A stretch of DNA of 64,000 nucleotides from an uncultured Nitrospiraceae bacterium. Its GTDB lineage: Bacteria > Nitrospirota > Nitrospiria > Nitrospirales > Nitrospiraceae. Both the position numbers and the translations under genes were made by a program. The DNA lies in NCBI GenBank assembly GCA_963706325.1, contig CAVPLT010000001.1, positions 384,001 to 448,000 of the forward strand, in the 5' to 3' direction. Shown here piece by piece: positions 32,027 through 41,879 of this stretch (positions are counted from its first letter, which is position 1; every line of letters starts with the position of its first letter). The notes beneath the pieces were generated by a model. That model was not told where the DNA came from. It saw only the letters and a program-made list of their open reading frames with translations, and searched no databases.

Positions 32027-32042
32027 AGCAAAAGCTGCGCCA
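32027..32042 (-). promoter_or_regulatory. Putative sigma54 -24/-12 promoter
   Basis: TGGCGCAGCTTTTGCT (GG-N10-GC) upstream of paralog B. Confidence 0.65.
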
Positions 32043-32288
32043 GTGGCTACGCAGTTGATAAGGTGTCATTTTAAAAACCTAAAACGATCCTCTTCCCCCC
32101 ATGACCATCCATGCTGTATCTGATGAGATACCGATTCGTATCTAATCATGTACGCGCATTTCTCGCCCTGACTGTTTGCTAGAAAGGCCCGGTGATCGCG
32201 CCTCTCCCCAGTGCTCACCACAATTGACCGTTTCGAATTTCCCATGGTAGGTTGGCGCCCCCACTCACTGGCTTGATGAAAGAGGTCC

Positions 32289-33572
32289 ATGAATACACAA
32301 CGATCGGAACAACTTTTCGCAGAGGCGCAACAGATCATTCCCGGTGGGGTGAATAGCCCGGTTCGAGCCTTTCGCTCGGTGGGGGGAAAACCTCGCTTCA
32401 TCGCCCGCGCCAAGGGCTCACATCTCTATGACGTGGACGGCAACAGCTACATCGACTACGTGCTCTCATGGGGACCGATGATTCTTGGCCATGCGCCCGC
32501 GACGGTGACTAAGGCCATTCAACAGGCTGCCGAGAACGGGACCAGTTATGGCGCGCCGACCGAGTTGGAAATTCAGCTGGCCACAATGATTCGCGAGGCC
32601 CTGCCCTCCATGGAACAGGTGCGGCTGGTCAGTTCAGGCACGGAAGCCGTCATGAGCGCCGTCCGTGTGGCCCGTGCCTATACGAAACGCGACGGCATTC
32701 TCAAGTTTGAAGGCTGTTACCACGGTCACAGCGACTACCTGCTGGCTAAAGCCGGGTCCGGCCTTGCCACCCTAGGGATTCCCGACTGCCCCGGTGTACC
32801 CGAAGATTTCACAAAGCACACGTTAACAGCGCCCTATAATAATGTTCAGGTGCTTGAGCAACTCATCCGGAAACATGACCGGCAGCTGGCCTGTGTCATC
32901 GTCGAGCCGATCGCCGGAAATATGGGGGTCGTCCCCCCTACCCCGGAATTTCTGATGGCCCTGCGCAAACTGACCGATGCCCACGGCATGGTGCTGATTT
33001 TCGATGAAGTCATTTCGGGATTCCGCGTGCAATACGGCGGGGCGCAAACGCTTTATGGCATCACGCCCGACCTCACGATTCTGGGGAAAATTATCGGCGG
33101 AGGCCTTCCCGTGGGGGCCTACGGGGGCGCGAAGGAGATCATGAAGATGATCGCTCCATCCGGACCGGTCTATCAAGCGGGCACATTGTCAGGCAATCCC
33201 CTGGCCGTCACGGCAGGCATTGAAACGTTGAAACGCTTGAAGAAACCTGGTGTCTACGAGCAGCTGGAACAGCGGTCGGCCATGCTGGCCGAGGGGCTCG
33301 GCAAGGCCGCGAAGAAAGCCGGAGTACCGCTCGCGCAAACTCGCGTCGGCTCGATGATGGGTGCCTTCTTTGCGCCGGGACCGGTCGTGGATTGGGGATC
33401 AGCCAAGAAATCAGATACGAAGGTCTATGCGAAGTTCTTTCACCAGATGCTGGATGCGGGCTTTTATTTTGCCCCGTCACAGTTTGAGGCCACGTTCATG
33501 TCTCTTGCCCATACGCCGCGCGACATCGAACGCACCATCAAGGCTGCCGAGGCCGCGCTCAAAAAATTGTAG
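32289..33572 (+). CDS. hemL: Glutamate-1-semialdehyde 2,1-aminomutase
   Basis: PGGVNSPVRAF, SGTEA, FEGCYHGH, DEV, GKIIGGGLPVG and YQAGTLSGNP. Confidence 0.97.
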   Translation: MNTQRSEQLFAEAQQIIPGGVNSPVRAFRSVGGKPRFIARAKGSHLYDVDGNSYIDYVLSWGPMILGHAPATVTKAIQQAAENGTSYGAPTELEIQLATMIREALPSMEQVRLVSSGTEAVMSAVRVARAYTKRDGILKFEGCYHGHSDYLLAKAGSGLATLGIPDCPGVPEDFTKHTLTAPYNNVQVLEQLIRKHDRQLACVIVEPIAGNMGVVPPTPEFLMALRKLTDAHGMVLIFDEVISGFRVQYGGAQTLYGITPDLTILGKIIGGGLPVGAYGGAKEIMKMIAPSGPVYQAGTLSGNPLAVTAGIETLKRLKKPGVYEQLEQRSAMLAEGLGKAAKKAGVPLAQTRVGSMMGAFFAPGPVVDWGSAKKSDTKVYAKFFHQMLDAGFYFAPSQFEATFMSLAHTPRDIERTIKAAEAALKKL

Positions 33573-33662
33573 GGCGTCTCTCGGGAAGCGTCGTTCGTGA
33601 GGGTTTGCCGTATCTAAACCGATACTGAACCGCTTGTATTTGGATACAGGCCGGAGCGCTGG

Positions 33663-33737
33663 AGGATGCTCAAAACGGTTCCCCAGCAAGGCCACAGCGA
33701 TGCGAGACCGATGCTGGGGACCGTTTTCAGCAACCTG
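33663..33737. repeat. Short copy of the intergenic palindromic element; possible bidirectional terminator between convergent genes
   Basis: AGGATGCTCAAAACGGTTCCCCAGCA ... TGCTGGGGACCGTTTTCAGCAACCT; shares CCAGCAAGGCC.CAG with the other copies. Confidence 0.7.
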
Positions 33738-33739
33738 CT

Positions 33740-33973
33740 CTATTCGTCATCGTCCTCGTCCTCCGCATCCAACACTTCCTGCCGCTTCTGTTCTTCCATC
33801 GCGTTGTGCAGGAGCATACGGACAAACATTGAATAGAGCGAGCCTTTCTCCAAGGTCCCGCCAGGAGGGATCGCGATCTTGCCTTCCTTAATCATGCGAT
33901 CCATCCAGGCCTTCTGATCCGGGGCGATCAAGATCGGAACCTCGACCAACCCCACTTTTCCAAACATATCCAT
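33740..33973 (-). CDS. Hypothetical protein, 77 aa, acidic tail
   Basis: GGAGGT RBS before ATG 33973; MDMFGKVGLVEVPILI...EDEDDDE. Confidence 0.7.
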   Translation of the reverse strand: MDMFGKVGLVEVPILIAPDQKAWMDRMIKEGKIAIPPGGTLEKGSLYSMFVRMLLHNAMEEQKRQEVLDAEDEDDDE

Positions 33974-34138
33974 GAGCTGAACCTCCGTGAATCGTCGTTC
34001 GTCGCCCGTATCTCGTGGGGAACGGCCGGCAGGAGAATCTTCCGGACAGCTACCCTTCCCGAGATACGCGACGCATTTGGCATTTGAGCACGCGGTTTTT
34101 CGGCTTGTCAACCGCGGGACCACTTGCGTCGTGTTTGT

Positions 34139-34154
34139 TGGCATGGAGCGTGCT
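34139..34154 (+). promoter_or_regulatory. Possible sigma54 promoter for the nuclease gene
   Basis: TGGCATGGAGCGTGCT (GG-N10-GC). Confidence 0.4.
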
Positions 34155-34190
34155 TCATTCCCGCAGCAGAAACACGGAGGACCAGATCCT

Positions 34191-34820
34191 ATGCTGCCGA
34201 TGGCCATATATCGCTCCCGCCTCCTGCGCCGGTTAACCCTGCTCCTCCTGGTCGCCTCTCCTGCCGGCCAAGCCATCAGCGCAGTGGAAGAGAGCCGTTC
34301 CACGCTACACACCTATACTCCTACAGTCCCGAGCGATCCGGGTCCATTCAACTGCAACGATTGTTGGGGATTGAAGCCCGACGAACGGCAGCCGCTGCCC
34401 CAACATCAGGCCCCACGTTATCGGCGCGGACAGCATGAGCGAGGCCCGCGACCACACAAGAATCCATTCGCTAAAAAATCGCATTCAGGTGGCAATCACT
34501 TCCGCCTGCTCCCCCACTACCAACTGGAGCAGGAGCAGCCGGGACACAGCGTCGAACGGCAATTGGTTCGCGCAATCGATGGAGACACGCTTCGCTACGG
34601 TCCCGACCGCATTCGCATCCGTGGCTACAACGCCCCGGAACGATCGGAACCGGGCGGCCTCGAAGCAACCCTCAGGCTCCAAGAGCTTTTGCACGAGGGC
34701 GAGATCAGCATCATTCCGCACGGTCACGATGTCTATGGGCGGACGCTCGCCGATGTCTTCGTAGATGGGCAGAATGTGGCGGGGGTCATGACGGGGGAAG
34801 GGTTTGGACGGCGAGGGTAA
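34191..34820 (+). CDS. Exported thermonuclease (SNase)-like protein
   Basis: IDGDTL, RIRG.NAPE and DVYGRTLA motifs; signal peptide; GGAGG RBS. Confidence 0.85.
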   Translation: MLPMAIYRSRLLRRLTLLLLVASPAGQAISAVEESRSTLHTYTPTVPSDPGPFNCNDCWGLKPDERQPLPQHQAPRYRRGQHERGPRPHKNPFAKKSHSGGNHFRLLPHYQLEQEQPGHSVERQLVRAIDGDTLRYGPDRIRIRGYNAPERSEPGGLEATLRLQELLHEGEISIIPHGHDVYGRTLADVFVDGQNVAGVMTGEGFGRRG

Positions 34821-35007
34821 TTTAAGCCGAACAAGCTCCTCGGTATTCTCCACGAACGGTAAGCGCAATCTTCGACTCTTGGCCGGCCACTATAAAATCC
34901 GCACCTTCGCGGATCGGTTGAGACTTGATTACGGCAGCTGCCAGCGCGATAGTGGTGGTCGCCTAGAAGAAACAGTCCGTTCCTTGCAGTCATAGAGACG
35001 TCATGCC

Positions 35008-35475
35008 ATGTCTCGTCCAATTCGCCAGCTGTTGTTCATCGCCGGCGCCTGTGCATTCGGTTTTACAGCACATACAATGGCAGCCGCCTCAGCTGAAAAT
35101 TCGCTAGAGATCGTCGTCGGCAACGGGCCCCATGCTGGAACGTACAAGCCACCCGCGGACACCGTGATCTGCCTACACGTCAAGAAGCAAAAACGCTCTT
35201 CGGCAGCCTGGAAGGACTTCAACGTGCACGACGCGAAGGCTATCGCCGAGGCGGGGATTAATGTGTCGAATCTCGATGACGCGGGAGCGAAGCAGGGCGA
35301 AGTGCGCATCGCGTTCGGAGATCCGGACAAGAAGCCAATCATCTACAGCGTCGATCAGTCGCCCCTCACCCTGACGAGGACGGCCAAAGGCGCCGAGATC
35401 ACGTTCCAAGGGAAAACAAAGGAAGGCATCCAGCTTCGGGTGATTGCGAAATGCATGGACGTGGAGGAAATGTAA
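35008..35475 (+). CDS. Exported hypothetical protein
   Basis: Signal peptide ending in an AxA-type site; 155-aa ORF. Confidence 0.7.
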   Translation: MSRPIRQLLFIAGACAFGFTAHTMAAASAENSLEIVVGNGPHAGTYKPPADTVICLHVKKQKRSSAAWKDFNVHDAKAIAEAGINVSNLDDAGAKQGEVRIAFGDPDKKPIIYSVDQSPLTLTRTAKGAEITFQGKTKEGIQLRVIAKCMDVEEM

Positions 35476-35710
35476 GCGACCATTGGCCACACCTTCAGAC
35501 ATTCCTTTGCCACCCGATTTCCACGACATCCAGACGATTCATGAGCCACTCGGACAAAGACTTCTGGGTTGCTGCGGTTGAAAGACTGCCTTCGGCATCG
35601 CTCAAAAAGCTCCTCCATGCCCGGCCCCGCGGCCGAGATGACCGAGCTCTCAGAGCGGTCCTTCACCGCAGAACTCTACCGTCGGACAGCAGCCGCAAGA
35701 GAGGGGGAAC

Positions 35711-36532
35711 ATGATGAAGAGTCACATGATTACCGGTGGGGGAGGTATTCGGCTTCACCTCATTGAAACAGGCAATTCACGAGGACGGCCAATCGTATTT
35801 ATCCATGGCTTTTCGCAGTGTTCTCTAACATGGACTCGACAGATGAACTCCGGCTTGGCCGATACCTTTCGACTGATAGCGTTGGATCTCCGAGGGCACG
35901 GGCTCTCAGATAAACCTCGCGAGGGCTACAGTGACTCGAGACTGTGGGCCGACGACATCCATGCCACAATTCACGCGCTCAATCTGGATCAGCCGATTCT
36001 CTGCGGTTGGTCCTATGGACCGCTCGTCATTCTCGACTATATCCGGCACTACGGTGAGGACGGCATCCGCGCTGTCAACTTTATCGGTGGCGTCACTAAA
36101 CTGGGCAGCGACGAGGCCGCGTCGGTTTTGACTACTGAATTTCTCAACCTCCTCCCGCGATTCTCCTCGACGGATGCGCAGGAGAGCCTGTGCGCTCTCG
36201 ACTCGCTGGTGCACCTGTGCTTTGCTCGTGAGCTTGCAGTCGAAGAACGCTACCTGATGTTGGGATATAACGCTTCGGTTCCGCCCTATGTCCGTCAAGC
36301 GCTGTTCTCACGCTCGCTCGACAATGACGATCTTCTGCCGAACATTCGCAAACCTGTGTTGGTTACACATGGCGCCGATGATGCGGTTGTCAGGCCAGCG
36401 GTCATCGAGCAACAGATGGCCCGCATCGGCCATGCCCAAGTTCGAATGATGGCGAGTGCCGGACACGCCTGTTTCTGGGGCGAGGCGGCCATCTACAACC
36501 AGTGCCTGCAGAAGTTTGTCGATGCCCTATAG
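35711..36532 (+). CDS. Alpha/beta hydrolase (non-heme chloroperoxidase/esterase-like)
   Basis: FIHGF, DLRGHGLS, GWSYG nucleophile elbow, HGADD and AGH. Confidence 0.9.
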   Translation: MMKSHMITGGGGIRLHLIETGNSRGRPIVFIHGFSQCSLTWTRQMNSGLADTFRLIALDLRGHGLSDKPREGYSDSRLWADDIHATIHALNLDQPILCGWSYGPLVILDYIRHYGEDGIRAVNFIGGVTKLGSDEAASVLTTEFLNLLPRFSSTDAQESLCALDSLVHLCFARELAVEERYLMLGYNASVPPYVRQALFSRSLDNDDLLPNIRKPVLVTHGADDAVVRPAVIEQQMARIGHAQVRMMASAGHACFWGEAAIYNQCLQKFVDAL

Positions 36533-36777
36533 CGCCATGACATCCGGCGCCCACGGATTTAAGAGGTCAGACCCATTGTGCTTTCTGGCATCAGGAGTAA
36601 CATATCAAGAGCAACTTGGTCTCAATGAATGAACGGGGGCATTCTGGTTGTTAGCTTGGGGGCAACGCAGACCCCCCATTGCTTTCGATCCCTCTTGCAG
36701 CGCCGAACACCGAACGGCCTTCATACATTTCCCGGCAAGATCATCATCCAGGGATTGCCGACAGGAGGGACCGATCT

Positions 36778-37221
36778 ATGCGAACGACCTTGCTTCCTCT
36801 TTGCCTCGCGATGTATGCCGCGTTAATGCTGGCATCCTGCGTCACCTCTCCTTCGCCGGAGGAAATGCAGCAGCGCGCCGAAAAGAATCGATGGGAACTG
36901 GCTCATTGGGGCGATCGCCGGTTGCCGCACGGCGATCACGGTGAAGCCGTCGTCCTTTCATTCAAAGGCGGGAAAGTCTCGGGCCATGCAGGGTGTAATC
37001 AATACTCTGCCGAAATCACTTTCGGCCCCGACAGGGGAAGCTTGAAAGTATCTCGGGGAATCACAACGCGCATGGCCTGTGACGCCTCGCGCATGGAGTT
37101 TGAGTCAGCGTTCATCCAGGCGTTTGAAACGTCTACACGATATCGACTTGAGGGTGAGAGTTTGTTCTTCCAGGGCGCCAATGGTCCCACCTTGGAGTTT
37201 TATCGCCGTCCCCTGGATTGA
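36778..37221 (+). CDS. META (HslJ-like) domain lipoprotein
   Basis: Lipobox LASC; GHAGCN.Y and TRMAC; AGGAGG RBS. Confidence 0.88.
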   Translation: MRTTLLPLCLAMYAALMLASCVTSPSPEEMQQRAEKNRWELAHWGDRRLPHGDHGEAVVLSFKGGKVSGHAGCNQYSAEITFGPDRGSLKVSRGITTRMACDASRMEFESAFIQAFETSTRYRLEGESLFFQGANGPTLEFYRRPLD

Positions 37222-37400
37222 TAAGCAATTCTCGAACGTCTTATGTCATTACGGACCTCCACCTGATTCACGCTCACGTTTGGTCTATCTGACACGGTAT
37301 CGCTTGTGCTATTTGCTCTGGCCCCCCTGCATTTCTACAAGCTACTTCCGCGTAATCTCCCAGACTAGCCTTCTGATTGCTCCATCCCCTCCGCACCCCC

Positions 37401-37416
37401 CGGCATCGGTCTTGCT
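37401..37416 (+). promoter_or_regulatory. Putative sigma54 promoter, duplicated module copy 1
   Basis: CGGCATCGGTCTTGCT; identical 15-mer at 38379. Confidence 0.5.
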
Positions 37417-37755
37417 CAATACATGGGGCGAGAACTGGAATTCACATCTGGCCAGCATGGCCCTCAACACATGCATGACTCTCGGATTCCCCGTCGAGGT
37501 ACGGCTGGGTGACGGCCAGACCCTGCCGCATCCTAGCAGTCTCACCTCCGCCTTAACCCCGCCGATCTCCGGAAAGCAAAGTGAGGCGGAGTTACTCAAG
37601 CTGCATCGGTTCGGCCCGGGAGCGGAAGCCGCGAAGAGATTCTGGTCTTGGCTCAATAGTGCGGAGCGACAGACAAGAGAGAAATTCCTGACCATGGGCT
37701 TACTTTCTCAGTCGTCTATGGAGGGGCGATCGCAGGCAACCTGTGGTGGGTCTGG

Positions 37756-38037
37756 ATGAAAGTCGGCTACTCCTTCCATCCAGCATGGATCGTCGCGCCG
37801 CTCGCGATGATCGTGACGGCCGATTGGACCGAACACCTCATTCAGCTGGCGCAGCTCCGTCACTACGTACCATCTCATGGGGGCCGCATGCACAACTTCT
37901 GGGTCCAGATGGGGGGCTGCGCGACGATGATCAAGCTCTGGCTCACTTTGGGCCTCTATGTGAGCCTGGTCGGACTCGTCGTCAGAATATTTCTCACGCT
38001 CTCAGAGCGACGCCTAACAGCTGCCGCCGCGGAATGA
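37756..38037 (+). CDS. Hypothetical small membrane protein
   Basis: Two hydrophobic segments; weak RBS. Confidence 0.35.
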   Translation: MKVGYSFHPAWIVAPLAMIVTADWTEHLIQLAQLRHYVPSHGGRMHNFWVQMGGCATMIKLWLTLGLYVSLVGLVVRIFLTLSERRLTAAAAE

Positions 38038-38377
38038 TCGGGCAACGACAATAGATCAAACCATTTCGATTCCTCCTGTGCCATGAGGCTAAGCCACCCA
38101 CAGAAAAAATGAGCCTTGTCGCCAGCCGGCGTCCCACTGATTCCGTCCGACAAGTACGTTGCCGGATAGAGTGTTAGTGGTCCGATGCCCAGCCCACATC
38201 AGCCAAGGTGGGATTCTCGCGAACTGACGCCCGAATACTCCGAAGTATCCGTTTCGATACGACGGGGTATCTCTTCTGATACGTGGACTGAATATTCTCC
38301 CTGTGCATGCATCCACGCCCTCCTCAGCCTCTTCCGTAGCACGCATCCATCACGCATTCCATCTCCTCTACGTAATC

Positions 38378-38393
38378 AGGCATCGGTCTTGCT
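38378..38393 (+). promoter_or_regulatory. Putative sigma54 promoter, duplicated module copy 2
   Basis: AGGCATCGGTCTTGCT. Confidence 0.5.
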
Positions 38394-38650
38394 GAAGCGT
38401 CTCAGGCAACGCGATTGGATTCGACGTACCCGCCACAGGTCTGAACCGAGGCCACAGTCGAACAACTTACGGCGCATCTGCTTCCAGATTCTTGATGACC
38501 GGACAGGTCTGCGCGGCCTCCCACGCGACGACGTTGCTGGAGCAGATGACGGTCAAGGACCATGATCCGCTGACCAAGATAGGCATGAAGGCGCTTTTGA
38601 AAGCGCTGAATGGCATGAGCCAATCCGGCATCGTCGGAATCTATTGAGGA

Positions 38651-39208
38651 ATGATGGCCATCGATCCGAATTTACTCGCCCAGGTGCTGGCCACGCCCGA
38701 CTCGCGCGATGTCACGGGATCGCCGATTGTCCGGACTGTGATCCTCAGCGATCCCGCCAACGCCGCGGATCTGGTGCCTGCGCTGGATGACGGTCAGACC
38801 CTGGCGGCCTCGAACGCCCGTAAAATTCTGTGGCTTTTCGAAAGCAATGCCGTCCCGCCGCTGCTGAGTGCCTTGCGGATCGCAGGGCCACGCGCCCGCC
38901 AGGAAGGCTTGGAAGTGTTGTGGGCATTACTCGTCGCGGAAGAGGCCTGGACGGTGCGGCAATCATTGGAGGCCGTGAAGCCGGATCTCCATATCCTGCT
39001 TGATGACACCAGTCCGTTGCGTGATGACATGCCAGCATACGTCGAGCGCGACTTTCACGGCCGCATCTGTGACCTCGCCTTCGGCATCGTGCAGCAACTG
39101 CTGGACAGGGAGTACGATCATTCACTCTTCCGGTCGCTCGATGGCACGAGTCGGAATGAGGAGATTAGGCGTTTGAAGATCAGAGGATTTGGCCTCCATA
39201 TCGCCTGA
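38651..39208 (+). CDS. Hypothetical helical (HEAT-like) protein
   Basis: 185-aa ORF, GAGGA upstream, amphipathic helical pattern. Confidence 0.65.
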   Translation: MMAIDPNLLAQVLATPDSRDVTGSPIVRTVILSDPANAADLVPALDDGQTLAASNARKILWLFESNAVPPLLSALRIAGPRARQEGLEVLWALLVAEEAWTVRQSLEAVKPDLHILLDDTSPLRDDMPAYVERDFHGRICDLAFGIVQQLLDREYDHSLFRSLDGTSRNEEIRRLKIRGFGLHIA

Positions 39209-39756
39209 TTGTCCACACCGCGATGGGCACGGCAGCAAGATGGACCCACACATTGCCTCGTAATTCGCTTCATCGATTGCAAAGGGGAGACACTGGTTCT
39301 GGAGACACTCGTCGTGTCGGGTTCCCCGACCCTCGAAGGAAGACGAACCATTGACCTTTCCGTGAAGACGGCCGATGGTCAGAGGCCACTCGCTCCAGTT
39401 CTGATACGGCAGGGCAACGCGAAACAGCGCGTCATGTTTGACGGCGACACTCCCTCACGCTTCACCCAGAAACGCTGTAATTAGATCGGTTGTACAGCGA
39501 AAAGAGCCAGGGCGGCAGCAGGCGGCCAGGTCCCTCCTCCCAGACACGGCGACGCATCGGTGCCGCTGAGTGATGACCACGCTGTCGCCAAGTTGATCAC
39601 GACGGCGGGAAAGATGCCTCCAAGTCAAGAGAAAGACCATTCATGAGGCCGCCGCATTTGCGGACAAGGCTCCTCTCCGAGTAATCTAACTCATCTCACT
39701 TCACTCGGGAGAGAACCATTACGCCCCTGTATCTCATAGCTGGCCGGACCATCGCC

Positions 39757-40359
39757 TTGTTCCTCTTGCTCTCCGGCTGCGCCATCGAGCAAGAAATTTC
39801 CCGCACGCCGCGCACGGCCGTCGAGCAACTCTTGTTGACGGGAGCCGTCGATCAGGCCCTGACGAATTTGACGCTCACGCTTCCAGCCCAGGCCAGTCTG
39901 CATCTCGAAGTCAGCGGGTTTTATATCGATCGGGCGCGGCTGAACATGCGAGATCAAACCTCCGGATCCGTACAGGATCCCACCGTGGATTTCCTCTTTG
40001 TTCGGGATACTGTCGCCGTCGCACTCGGTCGGATGGGCTATCGCATCCGCAAACGCGAAGATCACCCCGCCTATCTCGTTCGCGTAGCTATTGAAGCACT
40101 CGGCACCATGCAAGGCCTGACTTTCGTCGGTATGCCGCCTATTCAGAGTGTAGTCATTCCCTTTGCCCTCCCTGAGCTGACGCTGTATAAACTCCAGGCT
40201 CAGAGCGGCTATGCCCGATTTCACCTCGATGTCTTCGACAATCTCACCGGCGACTACAAAGGCTCGTCCGCCACGATCATCGGACGCACGCATTACGATC
40301 AATACACGGCCATGTTTTACATCACCTGGGTGACCACGGACCTGACCGCGCCACCCTGA
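39757..40359 (+). CDS. Putative lipoprotein (start uncertain)
   Basis: Lipobox LSGC followed by RTAVEQLLL..AVD. Confidence 0.7.
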   Translation: MFLLLSGCAIEQEISRTPRTAVEQLLLTGAVDQALTNLTLTLPAQASLHLEVSGFYIDRARLNMRDQTSGSVQDPTVDFLFVRDTVAVALGRMGYRIRKREDHPAYLVRVAIEALGTMQGLTFVGMPPIQSVVIPFALPELTLYKLQAQSGYARFHLDVFDNLTGDYKGSSATIIGRTHYDQYTAMFYITWVTTDLTAPP

Positions 40360-40617
40360 ACGGACACGGCGAACCACCCCTCTCTCCTGCCCGCCCCTGA
40401 GGAGAGTCCCCTTCTCACATCGCGGACCAGCCACCCGTCTCGAACCGCCCCTGCAAAACTTTACACTTTTCTTGGCAAGTCAGACCTCTTCCTCGATACT
40501 CAGTGACATCACAGGTCGGTCACCGGTCGCAGCATCACATGTTATCTTCCGCGTCCCCCCTGTCACCTCGCGTCGCGATAGGGATCGAGGCGAAACCGTA
40601 ACGATCGGAGCCTGTTC

Positions 40618-41856
40618 ATGCCATACCGTCTGAGCGCGCCCTTGATCGGCTTGGCCCTCACGCTGGCGCTGTTGCTCGCTCTCGAAGGGTTATCACGAGC
40701 ACTGCTCACCGTAGAAGCCGACCTGGCATCGGCGCCGCCTGACTGGTACCAGTACACCCCGGACTTGGGATGGGAGCATCGTCCGCACTTCAAGGGGATG
40801 GTCGCCGGAGAACTACAACGGCATGACCCAACTCAATACCTGCGCGAATTCGACGCACAGGGCTTCTTCACCGTCGATACAGCCCAAATCCACGATACGA
40901 CCCATAAGCGCATCCTCGCGGTGGGCGACTCCAATACGTTCGGTTGGGGCGTTCCGACAGGAAGTGCCTTCCCCGAAGTCCTGGACAATCTGCGCCCGGA
41001 CGCCGATGTCATCAATCTGGGCGTGAGCGGGTACACCTCCTTTCAAGGTTATACAGCGTTGCTCAAACACTTCGACCAGGTCCGGCCGGATGTCGTGATC
41101 GCATCGTTCAGTTTCAACGATCGGCGAGTCGTGCCATCGGAGGCAGCGACCGACAGCCACGACAAATTTGAGCGGGAAGCGCTTTTACACCGGCTGGACT
41201 TCAGAGAGAAAATCTATCTGTACCGAGGGCTGCAACGCCTGCTGACTAAGCTGCGCCTCATAAAAAGCAGCGGCGACGGGAGCATGACCGTTGACGCGAG
41301 GACGGCCCCGACTCGCGTCTCGCCCGACCAATACCGGACAAATCTGGAGCGCATTGCGAGATTCTGTCAGGAGCGGCAGGTGCCACTGGTCTTTATCGCC
41401 CTCCAAGACAATCCGGCCCACTCTGAACATCTGCGGACCGGCATCACCCATCTGAACAACAGGCGCTATGAACAGGCCGAGACGGAACTGCGCGTTGCCA
41501 TGAATTTGGACAACTGGTTCTCGGACCTCGCCCGGAAATACCTGGCCGTCGTCCTAGAACATCGAGGGGCGACGGCGGAAGCGACATTAACCGCGAGCCT
41601 GACCCTGCCCTCTTGGAAACTGACCCACGGCGGCCGGCCGCTCCGCCTCGATAGTGAATACAATGACATCATGCGTGCGGTCGCCCGGGAGTATGGCGCC
41701 GTCGTCGTGGAGGCAGGACAGATCCTGGCCAAGGATGCCAGTCTCTATCTCGACCTCTGCCATCCGGATGAAAGGGGTCACCACATCGTGGCAACAATGG
41801 TGAACGATATTCTCGATGGCCTGCTGCACCCTCCTCAGGTTGCGGCTCATTCCTGA
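40618..41856 (+). CDS. Membrane-anchored SGNH/GDSL hydrolase with a TPR-like insert
   Basis: GDSNTFG, NLGVSGY, FND and DLCHP blocks; N-terminal TM helix. Confidence 0.85.
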   Translation: MPYRLSAPLIGLALTLALLLALEGLSRALLTVEADLASAPPDWYQYTPDLGWEHRPHFKGMVAGELQRHDPTQYLREFDAQGFFTVDTAQIHDTTHKRILAVGDSNTFGWGVPTGSAFPEVLDNLRPDADVINLGVSGYTSFQGYTALLKHFDQVRPDVVIASFSFNDRRVVPSEAATDSHDKFEREALLHRLDFREKIYLYRGLQRLLTKLRLIKSSGDGSMTVDARTAPTRVSPDQYRTNLERIARFCQERQVPLVFIALQDNPAHSEHLRTGITHLNNRRYEQAETELRVAMNLDNWFSDLARKYLAVVLEHRGATAEATLTASLTLPSWKLTHGGRPLRLDSEYNDIMRAVAREYGAVVVEAGQILAKDASLYLDLCHPDERGHHIVATMVNDILDGLLHPPQVAAHS

Positions 41857-41879
41857 TCCACCCGAAAGGACTCTCGACC

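Noticed and set aside
35540..35714. Small ORF MSHSDKDFWVAAVERL... overlapping the hydrolase start
   Set aside because: No clear RBS or motif, and competing frames; insufficient support.
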